Assembly: GCA_051652765.1 (NCBI GenBank)
Contig: JBOFUV010000071.1
Span: forward strand, 1-64,000
Length of the DNA stretch: 64,000 nucleotides
Source: Microcoleaceae cyanobacterium
GTDB lineage: Bacteria; Cyanobacteriota; Cyanobacteriia; Cyanobacteriales; Microcoleaceae
Reading direction: 5' to 3'
Below the pieces are notes generated by a model, which did no database searches, had not been told where the DNA came from, and worked only from the letters and a program-made list of their open reading frames with translations. A program made the position numbers and the translations under genes. Of this stretch, positions 51,973 to 62,488 are shown piece after piece (position 1 is the stretch's first letter; every line of letters starts with the position of its first letter).

Positions 51973-52557
51973 ATGAGGTCGTTCATGTACCCAATCAATC
52001 GAATCCAGTTCTGGTTCTCAACAGTAAGCTGCCTTGTCGTGTCTCCAGTGATCTTATTTGCCACGATCTCGGCTAATGCGAATCAAATTGTGCAAAAGGA
52101 TGCTGCCAGCATTCAAGTCCTAGCAGGCTTGGCTCCTATTTTTAGGTTCAACGTGGCCCAAGAGGCTCCTCAACCCACCCCAACTCCTGCTCCAATTCCA
52201 GAAGGCCCTGGTCAATCCCAACAGCCTCCAGTTTCTACAGATGCCATTTTGAATCAGGCGGGAGAATTGAAGGATGGGGACTCCGTGTTGGCCTCTGATG
52301 GTAGTTTGTACGACGAATATACCTTTGAGGGCAAAAAAGATCAGCAGGTTACTGTTCTTTTAGAAAGTGGGGATTTTGACCCTTATCTGGCAATCTTCAC
52401 CCCAGACAACAAACTACTTGAGGAACACGACGATATCAGTGAAAAAGACCCCAACGCTCGGATCACTGTCACGCTTCCTAGCGATGGAAAATACCGAGTT
52501 ATTGTCAACTCCTATGATGAAAAAGGTCGGGGCAAATATCAACTCAAGGTTCAGTAG
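51973..52557 (+). CDS. stand-alone PPC domain exported protein
   Basis: SDGSLYDEYTFEG..DFDPY..VIVNSYD. Start uncertain (51973 or 51985). Confidence 0.8.
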   Translation: MRSFMYPINRIQFWFSTVSCLVVSPVILFATISANANQIVQKDAASIQVLAGLAPIFRFNVAQEAPQPTPTPAPIPEGPGQSQQPPVSTDAILNQAGELKDGDSVLASDGSLYDEYTFEGKKDQQVTVLLESGDFDPYLAIFTPDNKLLEEHDDISEKDPNARITVTLPSDGKYRVIVNSYDEKGRGKYQLKVQ

Positions 52558-52753
52558 GAATTTAGGGTGCAGAGGGAGTTAGGTTTCGTAATCGTAAAAC
52601 CTAACCCTCATCCATGGGCTATTTCTTGACAAAGAACCATCCAAGCCTGAAGAATGAAAAGTCAATCCCCCTAAAATTTTGTAGGTTGATCTTCTTACCT
52701 GACCCAACGATCTGGGGCAGCCATTCTGGATTATTGACTTCAATTGATTGACT

Positions 52754-52990
52754 TTAATACCTTAAGCCTAGCCAAGTGAACAAATCTTGGTGAGTTAGGG
52801 ATTCCAGCAGAATTAGAATCACAAACCCGATCATCGCAAAGCGGCCATTGATCCGCTCAGCATAAGCTGTCCAGCCAAAAGCTGGAGCGGGCTCAATGGA
52901 GGTTGAATCCCTAGGGTTTAGTTCGGCAGCGGCAGGTTCAGACGAGGTGGTGTCAGTAGAGGTGGACTTATCAGCAGGGGAAGAACTCAT
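52754..52990 (-). CDS. hli: high-light-inducible protein (HLIP/SCP)
   Basis: FGWTAYAERINGRFAMIGF; 4-bp overlap with the sdhB stop. Confidence 0.92.
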   Translation of the reverse strand: MSSSPADKSTSTDTTSSEPAAAELNPRDSTSIEPAPAFGWTAYAERINGRFAMIGFVILILLESLTHQDLFTWLGLRY

Positions 52991-54000
52991 GACTTTTGCT
53001 CCAAATGTTCAATAGCTTCAATCAGCGATCGCACGGTTTTAGTCCCTGCTGACGGTTCAAAAGTTAAGGGAAACTTTCTGCGGGCAATCATTCGCAGACC
53101 TAAGGGGCCAAGACTGAGCAGTCCTTGCAGATCCCGAAAGTAGTTGCCGACAACAAACACACCGAATTTACGTTCATCGACCCATCCGCCTTGCTTCACC
53201 AAGTCAACCATGACTTTCCGGTGACGAATAGCACGGCTAGAGGGTTGGTCTTTTCGCTGCAGGATTTCATGTTTAATCTTGGTGATCTGATCCAGGGGAG
53301 CCACTTCCATGGGACAAACACTGTTGCAGTTAAAACATCGGGTACAGCCCCAAACCCCGCTCATGCCTTGATTATACTGCTCTAGTCGATGATCCGTCTG
53401 GACATCGCGAGTATCGGCCAACATCCGCTGAGCTTTAGCTAGGGCATGGGGCCCAACAAACTCAGGATTAACTTCTAAGGCATTACACTCTGAATAACAG
53501 GCCCCGCACAGAATACAATTTCCGGTCTGATTTAGGCGATCACGTTCTTCTGGGGTTTGCAAAAATTCTCGTTCTGGAACTAAACGAGCCTCCGTACTGA
53601 CATAAGGTTCCACAGCTTGGAGGTTGTCCCAAAAGCGGCTCATATCGACAATCAAATCCTTGAGCACAGGTAGATTGCCCATCGGAGCAATTATCATTTC
53701 AAGACTATCTTCCGGATGGGGGGGCATTGAACTTGATGCCGCGATCCGTTCTAGTCGAGCCACTTCACTGGCAATATTTTCCTTGCAAGCTAGGGCTGAG
53801 CGACCGTTAATTCGCATTGAACAACTGCCACAGATGGTGTTCCGACAGTTTTTCCGAAAAGCCAACCCACCATCTTGCTCCCACTTGATCTGATTCAGGC
53901 AGTCAAGAATGGTATTGCCCAGTTCTACCTCTAAGGTATAGGTCTGAAACCTAGGCACTTGGTTTTGAGCTTGCCGCAGAATTTTAAATCGGACTTGCAT
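52987..54000 (-). CDS. sdhB: succinate dehydrogenase/fumarate reductase Fe-S subunit
   Basis: CRNTICGSC, CILCGACYSEC, CTRCFNCNSVCP. Confidence 0.93.
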   Translation of the reverse strand: MQVRFKILRQAQNQVPRFQTYTLEVELGNTILDCLNQIKWEQDGGLAFRKNCRNTICGSCSMRINGRSALACKENIASEVARLERIAASSSMPPHPEDSLEMIIAPMGNLPVLKDLIVDMSRFWDNLQAVEPYVSTEARLVPEREFLQTPEERDRLNQTGNCILCGACYSECNALEVNPEFVGPHALAKAQRMLADTRDVQTDHRLEQYNQGMSGVWGCTRCFNCNSVCPMEVAPLDQITKIKHEILQRKDQPSSRAIRHRKVMVDLVKQGGWVDERKFGVFVVGNYFRDLQGLLSLGPLGLRMIARRKFPLTFEPSAGTKTVRSLIEAIEHLEQKS

Positions 54001-54079
54001 TGGTTTAACCCAGGTTATTCATGAGTTGAGGAACACTTGATCTAGTATAAATTACCTAGCCTAAACTATCTAGTGTAAA

Positions 54080-54919
54080 CTATCGACAAACCCAACCATT
54101 AATCGTAAATCGACTGTGCTCAAACCGACCAGAAGGACAACTGATTGGTAGAATTTCATGTTTGCATCGGCTATCGAAAAACACAATGGTATTGTTTCGA
54201 GGTTGAATCATTTCAAAGTTTTCTTGAATCTTAGGCTCTTCCCCTGAAAATTGAGTTTCATAGAGTCTCAATTCTCCTCCATAAAAAGATTTGGGTTCCT
54301 GATAGAAATAATAGACGTAGCTGAGGGTTCGAGTCGGTGCCTTTTCAGGATCAATATCACTGTGAATTTTGTAGAATCCCCCATCCTGATAAACCGTCAT
54401 TTGCATCTCTACAAAGGAAACTAGAAAACTTGTCAGACCCAATTGTTCCAGTACATGAGGTCTAGTTTCGAGGATTTTAAGCCTCATCAATTCGTAAAAA
54501 TCTGGTAGATTTTTGAACAGTAGAACGAAAGATTGACGGTAATTGACTGCTTTGTTAAATATGCCTGCTTCAAAAAATTCTGACTGATGGCTAAAGGCAA
54601 TTTCTAAAGCAGTTTGATACTCTTCAGGAGATAAAAAATCATTAATCTGTACAAATTGAGGTGAGACAACCCAATGATTCTCTAATATTTGAGTTGATTC
54701 AATCGCCGGAGTTGACCCCAAAGACTGACTCATTGGAGATGAGTTAAATCGTAATTCCGACTTCTGCTCAATACTTGCCATTGCTAGAACTTTTAGGGCA
54801 ACGTTTGCCCGCTCTAAAAGGGAAAGCTCAGAATTTCTCAAGGTTGTTTCAATCAAGTCTACAGATTCAGCAACTAATGCTTGAAATTTTTGTTCGGAAG
54901 AGTTTAAATCACCATTCAT
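54080..54919 (-). CDS. 2OG-Fe(II) oxygenase (prolyl-hydroxylase-like), paralog 2
   Basis: IHSD, YGGELRLY, KHE, RFTINGW. Confidence 0.88.
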   Translation of the reverse strand: MNGDLNSSEQKFQALVAESVDLIETTLRNSELSLLERANVALKVLAMASIEQKSELRFNSSPMSQSLGSTPAIESTQILENHWVVSPQFVQINDFLSPEEYQTALEIAFSHQSEFFEAGIFNKAVNYRQSFVLLFKNLPDFYELMRLKILETRPHVLEQLGLTSFLVSFVEMQMTVYQDGGFYKIHSDIDPEKAPTRTLSYVYYFYQEPKSFYGGELRLYETQFSGEEPKIQENFEMIQPRNNTIVFFDSRCKHEILPISCPSGRFEHSRFTINGWVCR

Positions 54920-54942
54920 TGTTACTTGTTAGTAATAGGAAC

Positions 54943-55887
54943 CTACTTTGTCTCTGTCCGACGAAACCAACCATTCAGCGTGAAACGCCCATGTTCAAAT
55001 TTTTGAGAGGGACAATGAACAGCCATGACCTCGTGTTTGCAGCGGCTATCAAATAAAACAACACTATTATTTCGCGGTTCAATTGTTTTAAATGGGCCTG
55101 CAGCGATCGCACATCCGCCTTTGAATTCCGTCTCATAGAGTCTTAACTCGCCACCAGAGAACTTTTTAGGATCTTGATGAAAGTAATACACATAGGTGAT
55201 AGTTCGGGTTAGGGTTTCAGCACTTCCAGAGTCATTATGAATTTTATAGAAACACCCATCATTGTGGGCAGTGAGCTGCATTTCTACTTGAGATACCGTG
55301 AATGGGGGATACTCAATTTGTTCTAAAACAGTCGGTAAAGCCTGCAACAATTTATCCCGCATCAGTTCATAAAACTCAGGGAATAGTGTTGCATAGAGAA
55401 TTGAAGATTGACGATAGTTATTGGCCTTAGTTGTGGTGGTAGATGAGACAAACTGATCTGGCTTGTCTAGAGCAATCTTTAAAATTTTCTGATGGTCTTG
55501 AGCTGATAGAAAATCACTAATTTGAACAAAGGCTCCAGGCAAGAAAGCGGATTCAGTCTGAATAACAGTTTGAGTTGAATAAGGAACAGGCTTTAGTTCG
55601 GTTTTAACGGGAGGCAATGGCTGAATTGAAGGCTGACCTAGAGAATGCGTTAGACTTTGAATTGAACTTTGGATTAAGGGTTGACTGGAGGTTTGACCTA
55701 AGGTTTGAACTGGAAGATCCGAAGTTGAATGCTGGGGAGAAATTCCTGACAGTTCCAACACTTTAAATGCGATCGCGGCTCGATCTTGAGCTGCAATTTC
55801 TTGATCCTGCAAAATGGACTCTAATGTCTCAAAAGATTGACTCACTAGAGAACCAAATCGCTCCGTTAAACTCAAATGACTTGCCAT
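54943..55887 (-). CDS. 2OG-Fe(II) oxygenase (prolyl-hydroxylase-like), paralog 1
   Basis: IHND, SGGELRLY, KHE, RFTLNGW. Confidence 0.88.
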   Translation of the reverse strand: MASHLSLTERFGSLVSQSFETLESILQDQEIAAQDRAAIAFKVLELSGISPQHSTSDLPVQTLGQTSSQPLIQSSIQSLTHSLGQPSIQPLPPVKTELKPVPYSTQTVIQTESAFLPGAFVQISDFLSAQDHQKILKIALDKPDQFVSSTTTTKANNYRQSSILYATLFPEFYELMRDKLLQALPTVLEQIEYPPFTVSQVEMQLTAHNDGCFYKIHNDSGSAETLTRTITYVYYFHQDPKKFSGGELRLYETEFKGGCAIAAGPFKTIEPRNNSVVLFDSRCKHEVMAVHCPSQKFEHGRFTLNGWFRRTETK

Positions 55888-55948
55888 ACTACAGCTTGAA
55901 GCTTCATCAATTTCTCCTTCTGATTATATCAAGGTACGCTGGAGAAGC

Positions 55949-57235
55949 CTAATTCTGTACGTAGTCAGCACGGGTTCCTTTGGCATTAATGGCTTCTTCT
56001 AACCGACTCAACCCATGAATATAAGCAGCAGTTCGCATGGGCACTGATAAATCTTGACTGATTTGCCAAATTTTCTCTGTTTCTTCAAGCATCTTTTGTT
56101 TCAATCGTTGATTCACTTCCTCGGCTGTCCAATACAATCCACTCCGGTTTTGTACCCATTCAAAATAACTCACCGTTACGCCTCCAGCATTGACTAAAAT
56201 GTCTGGAAAAACCTGAATTCCCTGTTGTTCTAAAATCTGATCGGCTTCCGAGGTAACTGGCCCATTGGCAACTTCAAAGATGTATTTTGCTTTGATTTCA
56301 TAGGCATTGGCTTGAGTAATTTGATTCTCCAAAGCGGCTGGGACTAAAATGTCAACATCAAGGGTTAATAGCTCCTCGTTCGTGAGAATCTCATGCTCCA
56401 CAATATTGCAGACAGAGCCTTCACAGTAGACCGCTTTCACACTCCGATTTGATTCCTTGAACTGTCTGACACTGGGAATATCTAGTCCGGCTTTAGCGTA
56501 GATTCCGCCCTGGGAGTCACTCACCGCAACTACTTTGTAACCCGCTTGGGACAAAAGTTGAGCGATTACGGCTCCGGCATTCCCAAACCCTTGAACTGCA
56601 ACGGTTGTTTTTTCTGGAGCCTGATTTAACTTGGCCATCAGGGTTTGAATCACAAAAAAAGCTCCGGTTGCTGTTGCCGTATCCCGCCCCAAACTTCCCC
56701 CTAATGTAATTGGCTTTCCGGTCACTACTGCTGGGCAGAGTTGACGACGAATAATGCTGTACTGATCCATCATCCATCCCATGATCATCTGATTGGTGTA
56801 GACATCGGGGGCAGGAATATCAATATCTGGGCCAATAAAGTCAGCGATCGCATCCACATAACCCCGAGTCAGCCGTTCGAGTTCAAATTTTGACAACGCT
56901 TTTGGGTTAACGGTAATTCCGCCTTTTGCGCCCCCAAAGGGCAAGTTTAAAACCGCGCATTTAAATGTCATCCAAAATGCCAGGGAAGTAACTTCATCAA
57001 TTGAAACATCAGGATGATATCGTACGCCTCCTTTGGTTGGGCCTCGGGTGTCATCATAACGAACTCGATAGCCCTGAAAAATTTTTAGCGCCCCATTATC
57101 CATTCGCACAGGAATTGAGACAATCAGGGTGGCTTTAGGATATTTCAAGCGCTCAATCGTATCTTCCGATAGGGAAACATGTTGCAATGCCCGCTCTAAT
57201 CTGCGACTTGCATCTATAAATAATGACTCTGTCAT
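55949..57235 (-). CDS. gdhA: Glu/Leu/Phe/Val dehydrogenase (glutamate dehydrogenase)
   Basis: GPTKGGVRY, GGAKGG, PAPDV, GFGNAG, NAGGVTVSYFEW. Confidence 0.9.
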   Translation of the reverse strand: MTESLFIDASRRLERALQHVSLSEDTIERLKYPKATLIVSIPVRMDNGALKIFQGYRVRYDDTRGPTKGGVRYHPDVSIDEVTSLAFWMTFKCAVLNLPFGGAKGGITVNPKALSKFELERLTRGYVDAIADFIGPDIDIPAPDVYTNQMIMGWMMDQYSIIRRQLCPAVVTGKPITLGGSLGRDTATATGAFFVIQTLMAKLNQAPEKTTVAVQGFGNAGAVIAQLLSQAGYKVVAVSDSQGGIYAKAGLDIPSVRQFKESNRSVKAVYCEGSVCNIVEHEILTNEELLTLDVDILVPAALENQITQANAYEIKAKYIFEVANGPVTSEADQILEQQGIQVFPDILVNAGGVTVSYFEWVQNRSGLYWTAEEVNQRLKQKMLEETEKIWQISQDLSVPMRTAAYIHGLSRLEEAINAKGTRADYVQN

Positions 57236-57307
57236 GCTGTTAATGACTAATTAATAACTAATCTAGTTTTCTCTTCATAACATGACAATGTTCATAACTT
57301 TGAAGTT

Positions 57308-57352
57308 GTGATTTTTTTATAAGTGATTTTCTTATAAGTGATTTTCTTATAA
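57308..57352. repeat. 15-bp tandem repeat x3 upstream of gdhA
   Basis: GTGATTTT(T/C)TTATAA. Confidence 0.88.
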
Positions 57353-57409
57353 AGTGCACGACATCTCCATTTGCCCCTCTGAGATTGTCTCACAAATCAT
57401 TACTCTACA

Positions 57410-60400
57410 TTATTCTGAATTCTGAACAATAGACTGTCCAGCCTCTACCATCTCTGGGAAGGTGTTCTGTATCGCATCTAGCCATGTTAATAAAGACTCT
57501 AATTGCTTGGTGGCACTCATTGCTCCTAAGCCCCGAACCGTAACCTTGCCTTTACTATAAACAAAGCGGGACTGAATTTGAATCGGCAATTTCTCTTTCA
57601 GCAAGCTCCAAGCGGGTTCCTCCATGGGGGTTTCTAAAACAACATGTTGCTTGCCTGCATCTAAGCAAATCCGAGAAAAGCCAAGTTGTTTAGCCGTTTG
57701 CTTCAATTCCATAACTTGAATGAGCTGCTGGGCTGGAGTGGGAACAGGGCCGTAGCGATCGCACCAATCCTCCTCTAATCGTGCTAATTCATTGCGATTT
57801 TGACAAGCGGCAACGGTGCGATAGGCACTCATTTTTTGATCTAAATCAAGAATGTAATCTGAAGGAATAAAAGCAGTGAGATTCAGATCGATTTGGGTAT
57901 CTTCGACTTGAGGAATTTCTTGACCTTTAATTTCTCGGATGGCTTCCTCCAACATTTCGGTGTAAAGATCGAAGCCAATCACATCCATTTGCCCCGATTG
58001 TTCGGCCCCTAAAATATCACCCGAACCTCGAATTTCTAAATCTCGCATTGCCAATTGATAACCTGAACCCAGTTGAGTAAATTCCTGAATTGCCCGCAAT
58101 CTTTTCCGGGCATCTTCCGTTAAAGCCGCCCGTCCATCAGCAGTAATAGGATAAAATAACCAAGCATGGGCCTGCACTCCAGCCCGCCCTACCCGGCCCC
58201 GCAATTGATACAATTGCGCCAAGCCAAACCGATGGGCATCTTCCACCAAAATGGTATTAACGCGGGGAATATCTAGCCCTGATTCAATGATCGTTGTGCA
58301 GACTAAAATTTCTGCCTCTCCGGCATTAAAGGTCAACATAATCGACTCCAATTCACCCGGTTCCATTTGACCATGGGCGATCGCCATCCTAGCGCTAGGA
58401 ACCATTTCTCGAATTTTAGCGGATTTTTCTTCAATTCCTTCAATCCGAGGAACGACATAAAATACCTGTCCCCCGCGATCGAGTTCTTGGCGAATTGCCG
58501 TGCGGATGGTTTCATCATTGTACGGAGAAAGGTGGGTTTGAATTGGGCGACGGGAGGGCGGAGGAGTGGTAATTAAACTCATTTCTCGAATCCCAGACAG
58601 TGCCATATAGAGAGTTCGAGGAATGGGAGTTGCTGTTAACGTGAGCACATCAATATGAGACTTCAAGACTTTAATTTTTTCCTTTTGATTCACCCCAAAT
58701 CGTTGTTCTTCGTCAACAACCAGTAACCCTAAATCTTTGAACTGAATGGTCTTACTGAGAATAGCTTGGGTGCCAACAATAATATCAACTTCCCCTGTCA
58801 CCAACCGCTGCTGAATTTCTTTGCGTTCCCCAGTTGTTCGAAAACGATTTAACAGGGCAATTTCAATCGGATAAGGTGCAAACCGTTCCTTTAGGGTGTG
58901 GTAATGTTGCTGCGTTAAAATTGTCGTTGGGGCTAAAAAAGCCACCTGTTTGCCAGCCGTAACAGCTTTAAAAATGGCTCGAATTGCAACTTCAGTTTTG
59001 CCAAATCCTACATCCCCGCACACCAACCGATCCATGGGGCGATCGCTCTCCATATCTCGCTTGACATCTTGGGTAGACTTCAATTGATCAGGGGTGGGCT
59101 GATAGGGAAAAGAATCTTCCAATTCTTCCTGCCAAGGGGTATCTACTGGAAAGCCAAAGCCTTGTTGTTGAGCCCGTTGAGCATAGAGTTGTAACAGATC
59201 AACGGCTAGTTTTTTAATTGACTTACGAACTTTGTCCTTGGTTTTTTCCCAGGCTTTTCCAGTTAACTTATTCAGTTGGGGGACGGCTCCCCCCGCACTT
59301 CTAAACCGGGACAAACTCCCGACTTGATCGGCAGCTACACGCAACAATCCATCAGCATATTGAACCACTAAATAATCCCGAGTTTCGTTGTTAATCGTTA
59401 AGCTTTCCAGTTTAATAAACTTGCCAATGCCATGCTGCCGATGAACGACATAGTCCCCCGGACGGAGTTTATTCGGATCAACTTGCTTGGAGGCAGCCCG
59501 ACGACGTTTGCGGACGTAGCTAGGGGTGGCGAGGGAATGTTGCCCATAGAATTCTCGGTCTGTAATGACAACGAGTCGGAACGTCGGCAGAATAAACCCT
59601 TCCAACTCGGCCAATCCCGTGTACTTGAGGGCAACAGGAGTATTGGGAATCAACCCATCAATAGCAGGATAGTCCCGTGGGTTTGGGACAAATTTGGCGG
59701 GACAGTCATGTTCTGACAGCAATGCCACGGAGCGACTGGGTTGTGCGGAAACCAGGAAAATGGCGAAATGGCGATCGCGTTCTCCCCGCATCAAATCCGC
59801 TAGTTTGCCAAATTGATGGGGGGTCACGGGCAGGGAACGACTGGAGAGATTCAGGGGGGTTAAGTTTCGTCCGAGGATTTCCTGGCGGTGTTCTGCTAGT
59901 TCGGACAAGTACAACCGATCAAACCTTTCCTCGATCACAGCCAAAGAGTCCTCAAACTGGCGATGGAGCTTGTGTGTTAACGCTGTTAACACGGGCTGCG
60001 TCTTCCGGAGACTCTGCCACTGCTCTTCAATGTGTTCATACCAGCGATCGCCATGGGCCGCACACTGATCCGGTTCATCAATGGCCACCAAGGTTAACTC
60101 CGGTAAGTAATCCAGCAGAGAAACAGATTGTGCTGAAGTTCGAGGTTTGAGGGTCTGGGTCTGGAATGCTTCAAGCTCCGAAGTGTCTGCTCCCTGTTCC
60201 CAATTCCCCGTTGTCAATGTCCTGTTGCCCATTCCCCAAGGCGAAAAATCCGTTGGTGTGAGCACTAATTGCTCGATTTTGTCCAAGGATCGTTGGGTAG
60301 CTGGATCAAATTCTCGGATTTTTTCTAGCTCATCCCCAAACCATTCCAAACGCACGGGCAATTCTGCTGCCACTGGAAAAATATCAACAATGTCCCCTCG

Positions 60401-60994
60401 TCGGCTCCACTGCCCCTCGGTTTCCACCAAAGCGACCCGTTCGTAGCCCAAGGTTGCTAATTTTTCATCTAGGGCTTTAGAACTCCAACTCATGCCCTGT
60501 TGCAAGGTCACACAGTAGGGTTTAAAAGCTTCTAACTCAGGTAAGTGAGGCTGAAGGGCGCGTTCTGTTGCAACGATGGCAAATCCTTTGGCTTCGTTCC
60601 AAGGACTCTGAGTAGAGGAATCACTCTCTCCGTTGTTTGAGGTGGATTGTGGGGAAGAAGATCGAACTAAATCTGCCAACACCTGCAACTGTCCCCAAGT
60701 CATCTCTTCAGCATAGGAGGATTCATAGGGAGAGGCTTCAGAAGTGGGATAGAAGTGAACGGTTGGCCAACCCATCGCTTCTAACTGAGCTGACCACCGT
60801 CCAGCTTCCTCTAACGTTGCGGTGACTACCAGTAAATTTAAGCCCGCTTCCTGAGCCAGCGCAGAGGCTACAAGTCCCTTGGGTAAACGAGAAATTCCAT
60901 TGAGATAGAGTGCCTGTTGCTGATTTAGCTTTGTGAGAAGCTCACGAGTGAGAGGCGATCGCCTCACGGCTCGGACAATTGAAGAAAAGGTCAT
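57410..60994 (-). CDS. mfd: transcription-repair coupling factor
   Basis: CarD-like domain, [36 protein letters not shown]-terminus. Confidence 0.97.
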   Translation of the reverse strand: MTFSSIVRAVRRSPLTRELLTKLNQQQALYLNGISRLPKGLVASALAQEAGLNLLVVTATLEEAGRWSAQLEAMGWPTVHFYPTSEASPYESSYAEEMTWGQLQVLADLVRSSSPQSTSNNGESDSSTQSPWNEAKGFAIVATERALQPHLPELEAFKPYCVTLQQGMSWSSKALDEKLATLGYERVALVETEGQWSRRGDIVDIFPVAAELPVRLEWFGDELEKIREFDPATQRSLDKIEQLVLTPTDFSPWGMGNRTLTTGNWEQGADTSELEAFQTQTLKPRTSAQSVSLLDYLPELTLVAIDEPDQCAAHGDRWYEHIEEQWQSLRKTQPVLTALTHKLHRQFEDSLAVIEERFDRLYLSELAEHRQEILGRNLTPLNLSSRSLPVTPHQFGKLADLMRGERDRHFAIFLVSAQPSRSVALLSEHDCPAKFVPNPRDYPAIDGLIPNTPVALKYTGLAELEGFILPTFRLVVITDREFYGQHSLATPSYVRKRRRAASKQVDPNKLRPGDYVVHRQHGIGKFIKLESLTINNETRDYLVVQYADGLLRVAADQVGSLSRFRSAGGAVPQLNKLTGKAWEKTKDKVRKSIKKLAVDLLQLYAQRAQQQGFGFPVDTPWQEELEDSFPYQPTPDQLKSTQDVKRDMESDRPMDRLVCGDVGFGKTEVAIRAIFKAVTAGKQVAFLAPTTILTQQHYHTLKERFAPYPIEIALLNRFRTTGERKEIQQRLVTGEVDIIVGTQAILSKTIQFKDLGLLVVDEEQRFGVNQKEKIKVLKSHIDVLTLTATPIPRTLYMALSGIREMSLITTPPPSRRPIQTHLSPYNDETIRTAIRQELDRGGQVFYVVPRIEGIEEKSAKIREMVPSARMAIAHGQMEPGELESIMLTFNAGEAEILVCTTIIESGLDIPRVNTILVEDAHRFGLAQLYQLRGRVGRAGVQAHAWLFYPITADGRAALTEDARKRLRAIQEFTQLGSGYQLAMRDLEIRGSGDILGAEQSGQMDVIGFDLYTEMLEEAIREIKGQEIPQVEDTQIDLNLTAFIPSDYILDLDQKMSAYRTVAACQNRNELARLEEDWCDRYGPVPTPAQQLIQVMELKQTAKQLGFSRICLDAGKQHVVLETPMEEPAWSLLKEKLPIQIQSRFVYSKGKVTVRGLGAMSATKQLESLLTWLDAIQNTFPEMVEAGQSIVQNSE

Positions 60995-61100
60995 ACCGTA
61001 TTGTTAGAGCCTGAGCAGATAGAATTTTATACAGTTCAAGCAGTTGTTCTAATCATTCTAAGAAATTCAAGCCACAACGGATATTACTCCTCTTCTAAAT

Positions 61101-62438
61101 ATGGTTTCCTCTCTTAACGAAATTCTGATTCTGCTGATTTTGATCCTGATTAACGGTCTCCTCGTTGTCTCGGAAATGGCCATTGTTGCTTCCCGGCGGG
61201 TTCGGCTACAAAGCATGGCAGAGCAGGGTAATTCAAACGCGAAGGCGGCTTTGGAACTGGTTAATTCTCCCAATCGATTTCTCTCCACAGTACAAATCGG
61301 GATTACGTTAATTGGGATTTTTACCGGGGCATTTGGAGGAGCAACCTTAGTAGATAGATTAGGGCAACAGTTGGCTCAAGTTCCGGCCCTTGTGCCCTAC
61401 AGTGAGGCGATCGCCCTGACCGTTGTGGTGTTCAGCATCACCTATCTTTCCTTGATTTTTGGGGAGTTAGTACCCAAGCGATTAGCGATGAATCGTCCTG
61501 AACCCCTGGCCCTGATCATGGCTAAACCGATGAAAGTTGTATCGGCGATCGCGGCTCCTGCGGTACATGTATTAAGTCTGTCTACAGATTTGGTCTTGAA
61601 ACTCCTGGGCAGTGAAGTACCGTCCGAACCTCAAGTGACAGAGGAGGAAATCAAAATACTGATTGAACAAGGAGCAAAATCCGGCATTGTCGAAGAAGCA
61701 GAACAGAATATTGTAGACCGGGTGTTTCAGTTGGGGGATCGTTCTGTTGGCAGTGTGATGACCCCTCGTCCTGACATTATGTGGCTGGAGTTGGAAGATA
61801 GCGCCGAAGTTAACCGCCAGAAACTAGGTCTGATTCCGTTTACTCGCATTCCCGTCTGTCAAGGGGGACTGGATAATGTATTGGGGTTTATTAAGGTCAC
61901 GGATTTACTCGCTCAATTCCTTGCCGGTCAGCCCCTAGACTTCACAACCAACTTACGTCGTCCTCTATTCATTCCAGAAACTACGTCGGTGCTAAAGATT
62001 TTAGAACTGTTTAAGCAGACCGGAATTCACGCAGGAATTGTGGTAGATGAATATGGAGTGATTCAGGGTTTAGTCACTTTAAATGATATCTTTCTAGAAC
62101 TGACAGGAGATATGCCAACCCTAGATGAAAGCGATGAACCCCAAATTATTCAGCGAGAAGATGGATCTTGGTTGCTAGATGGAATGTTGCCCGTGGAAGA
62201 TTTTTTTGAGTTGGTTGAATTGGAGGAAATCGCTGAGCAACAACCAGGAAATTATCACACGATGGGCGGATTTGTCATTACTCAGTTGGGCAGAATTCCA
62301 AACGCATCCGCCCATTTTGAGTGGAATGGTTTGCGGATTGAGGTCGTTGATATGGATGGCAATCGAGTTGATAAAGTATTAGTGATGCCAGTAGCACCGC
62401 CCCAGAAATCCTCTGAACCTTATCCTAATCTCATCTAA
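61101..62438 (+). CDS. CNNM/DUF21-CBS-CorC 'hemolysin family' transporter
   Basis: STVQIGIT, GELVPK, MTPR, VDEYG, DGNRVDKV. Confidence 0.92.
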   Translation: MVSSLNEILILLILILINGLLVVSEMAIVASRRVRLQSMAEQGNSNAKAALELVNSPNRFLSTVQIGITLIGIFTGAFGGATLVDRLGQQLAQVPALVPYSEAIALTVVVFSITYLSLIFGELVPKRLAMNRPEPLALIMAKPMKVVSAIAAPAVHVLSLSTDLVLKLLGSEVPSEPQVTEEEIKILIEQGAKSGIVEEAEQNIVDRVFQLGDRSVGSVMTPRPDIMWLELEDSAEVNRQKLGLIPFTRIPVCQGGLDNVLGFIKVTDLLAQFLAGQPLDFTTNLRRPLFIPETTSVLKILELFKQTGIHAGIVVDEYGVIQGLVTLNDIFLELTGDMPTLDESDEPQIIQREDGSWLLDGMLPVEDFFELVELEEIAEQQPGNYHTMGGFVITQLGRIPNASAHFEWNGLRIEVVDMDGNRVDKVLVMPVAPPQKSSEPYPNLI

Positions 62439-62488
62439 GAGTTGTAGATTGAGGATTGTAAATTAGCTGTAGATACTGTACATTACCA

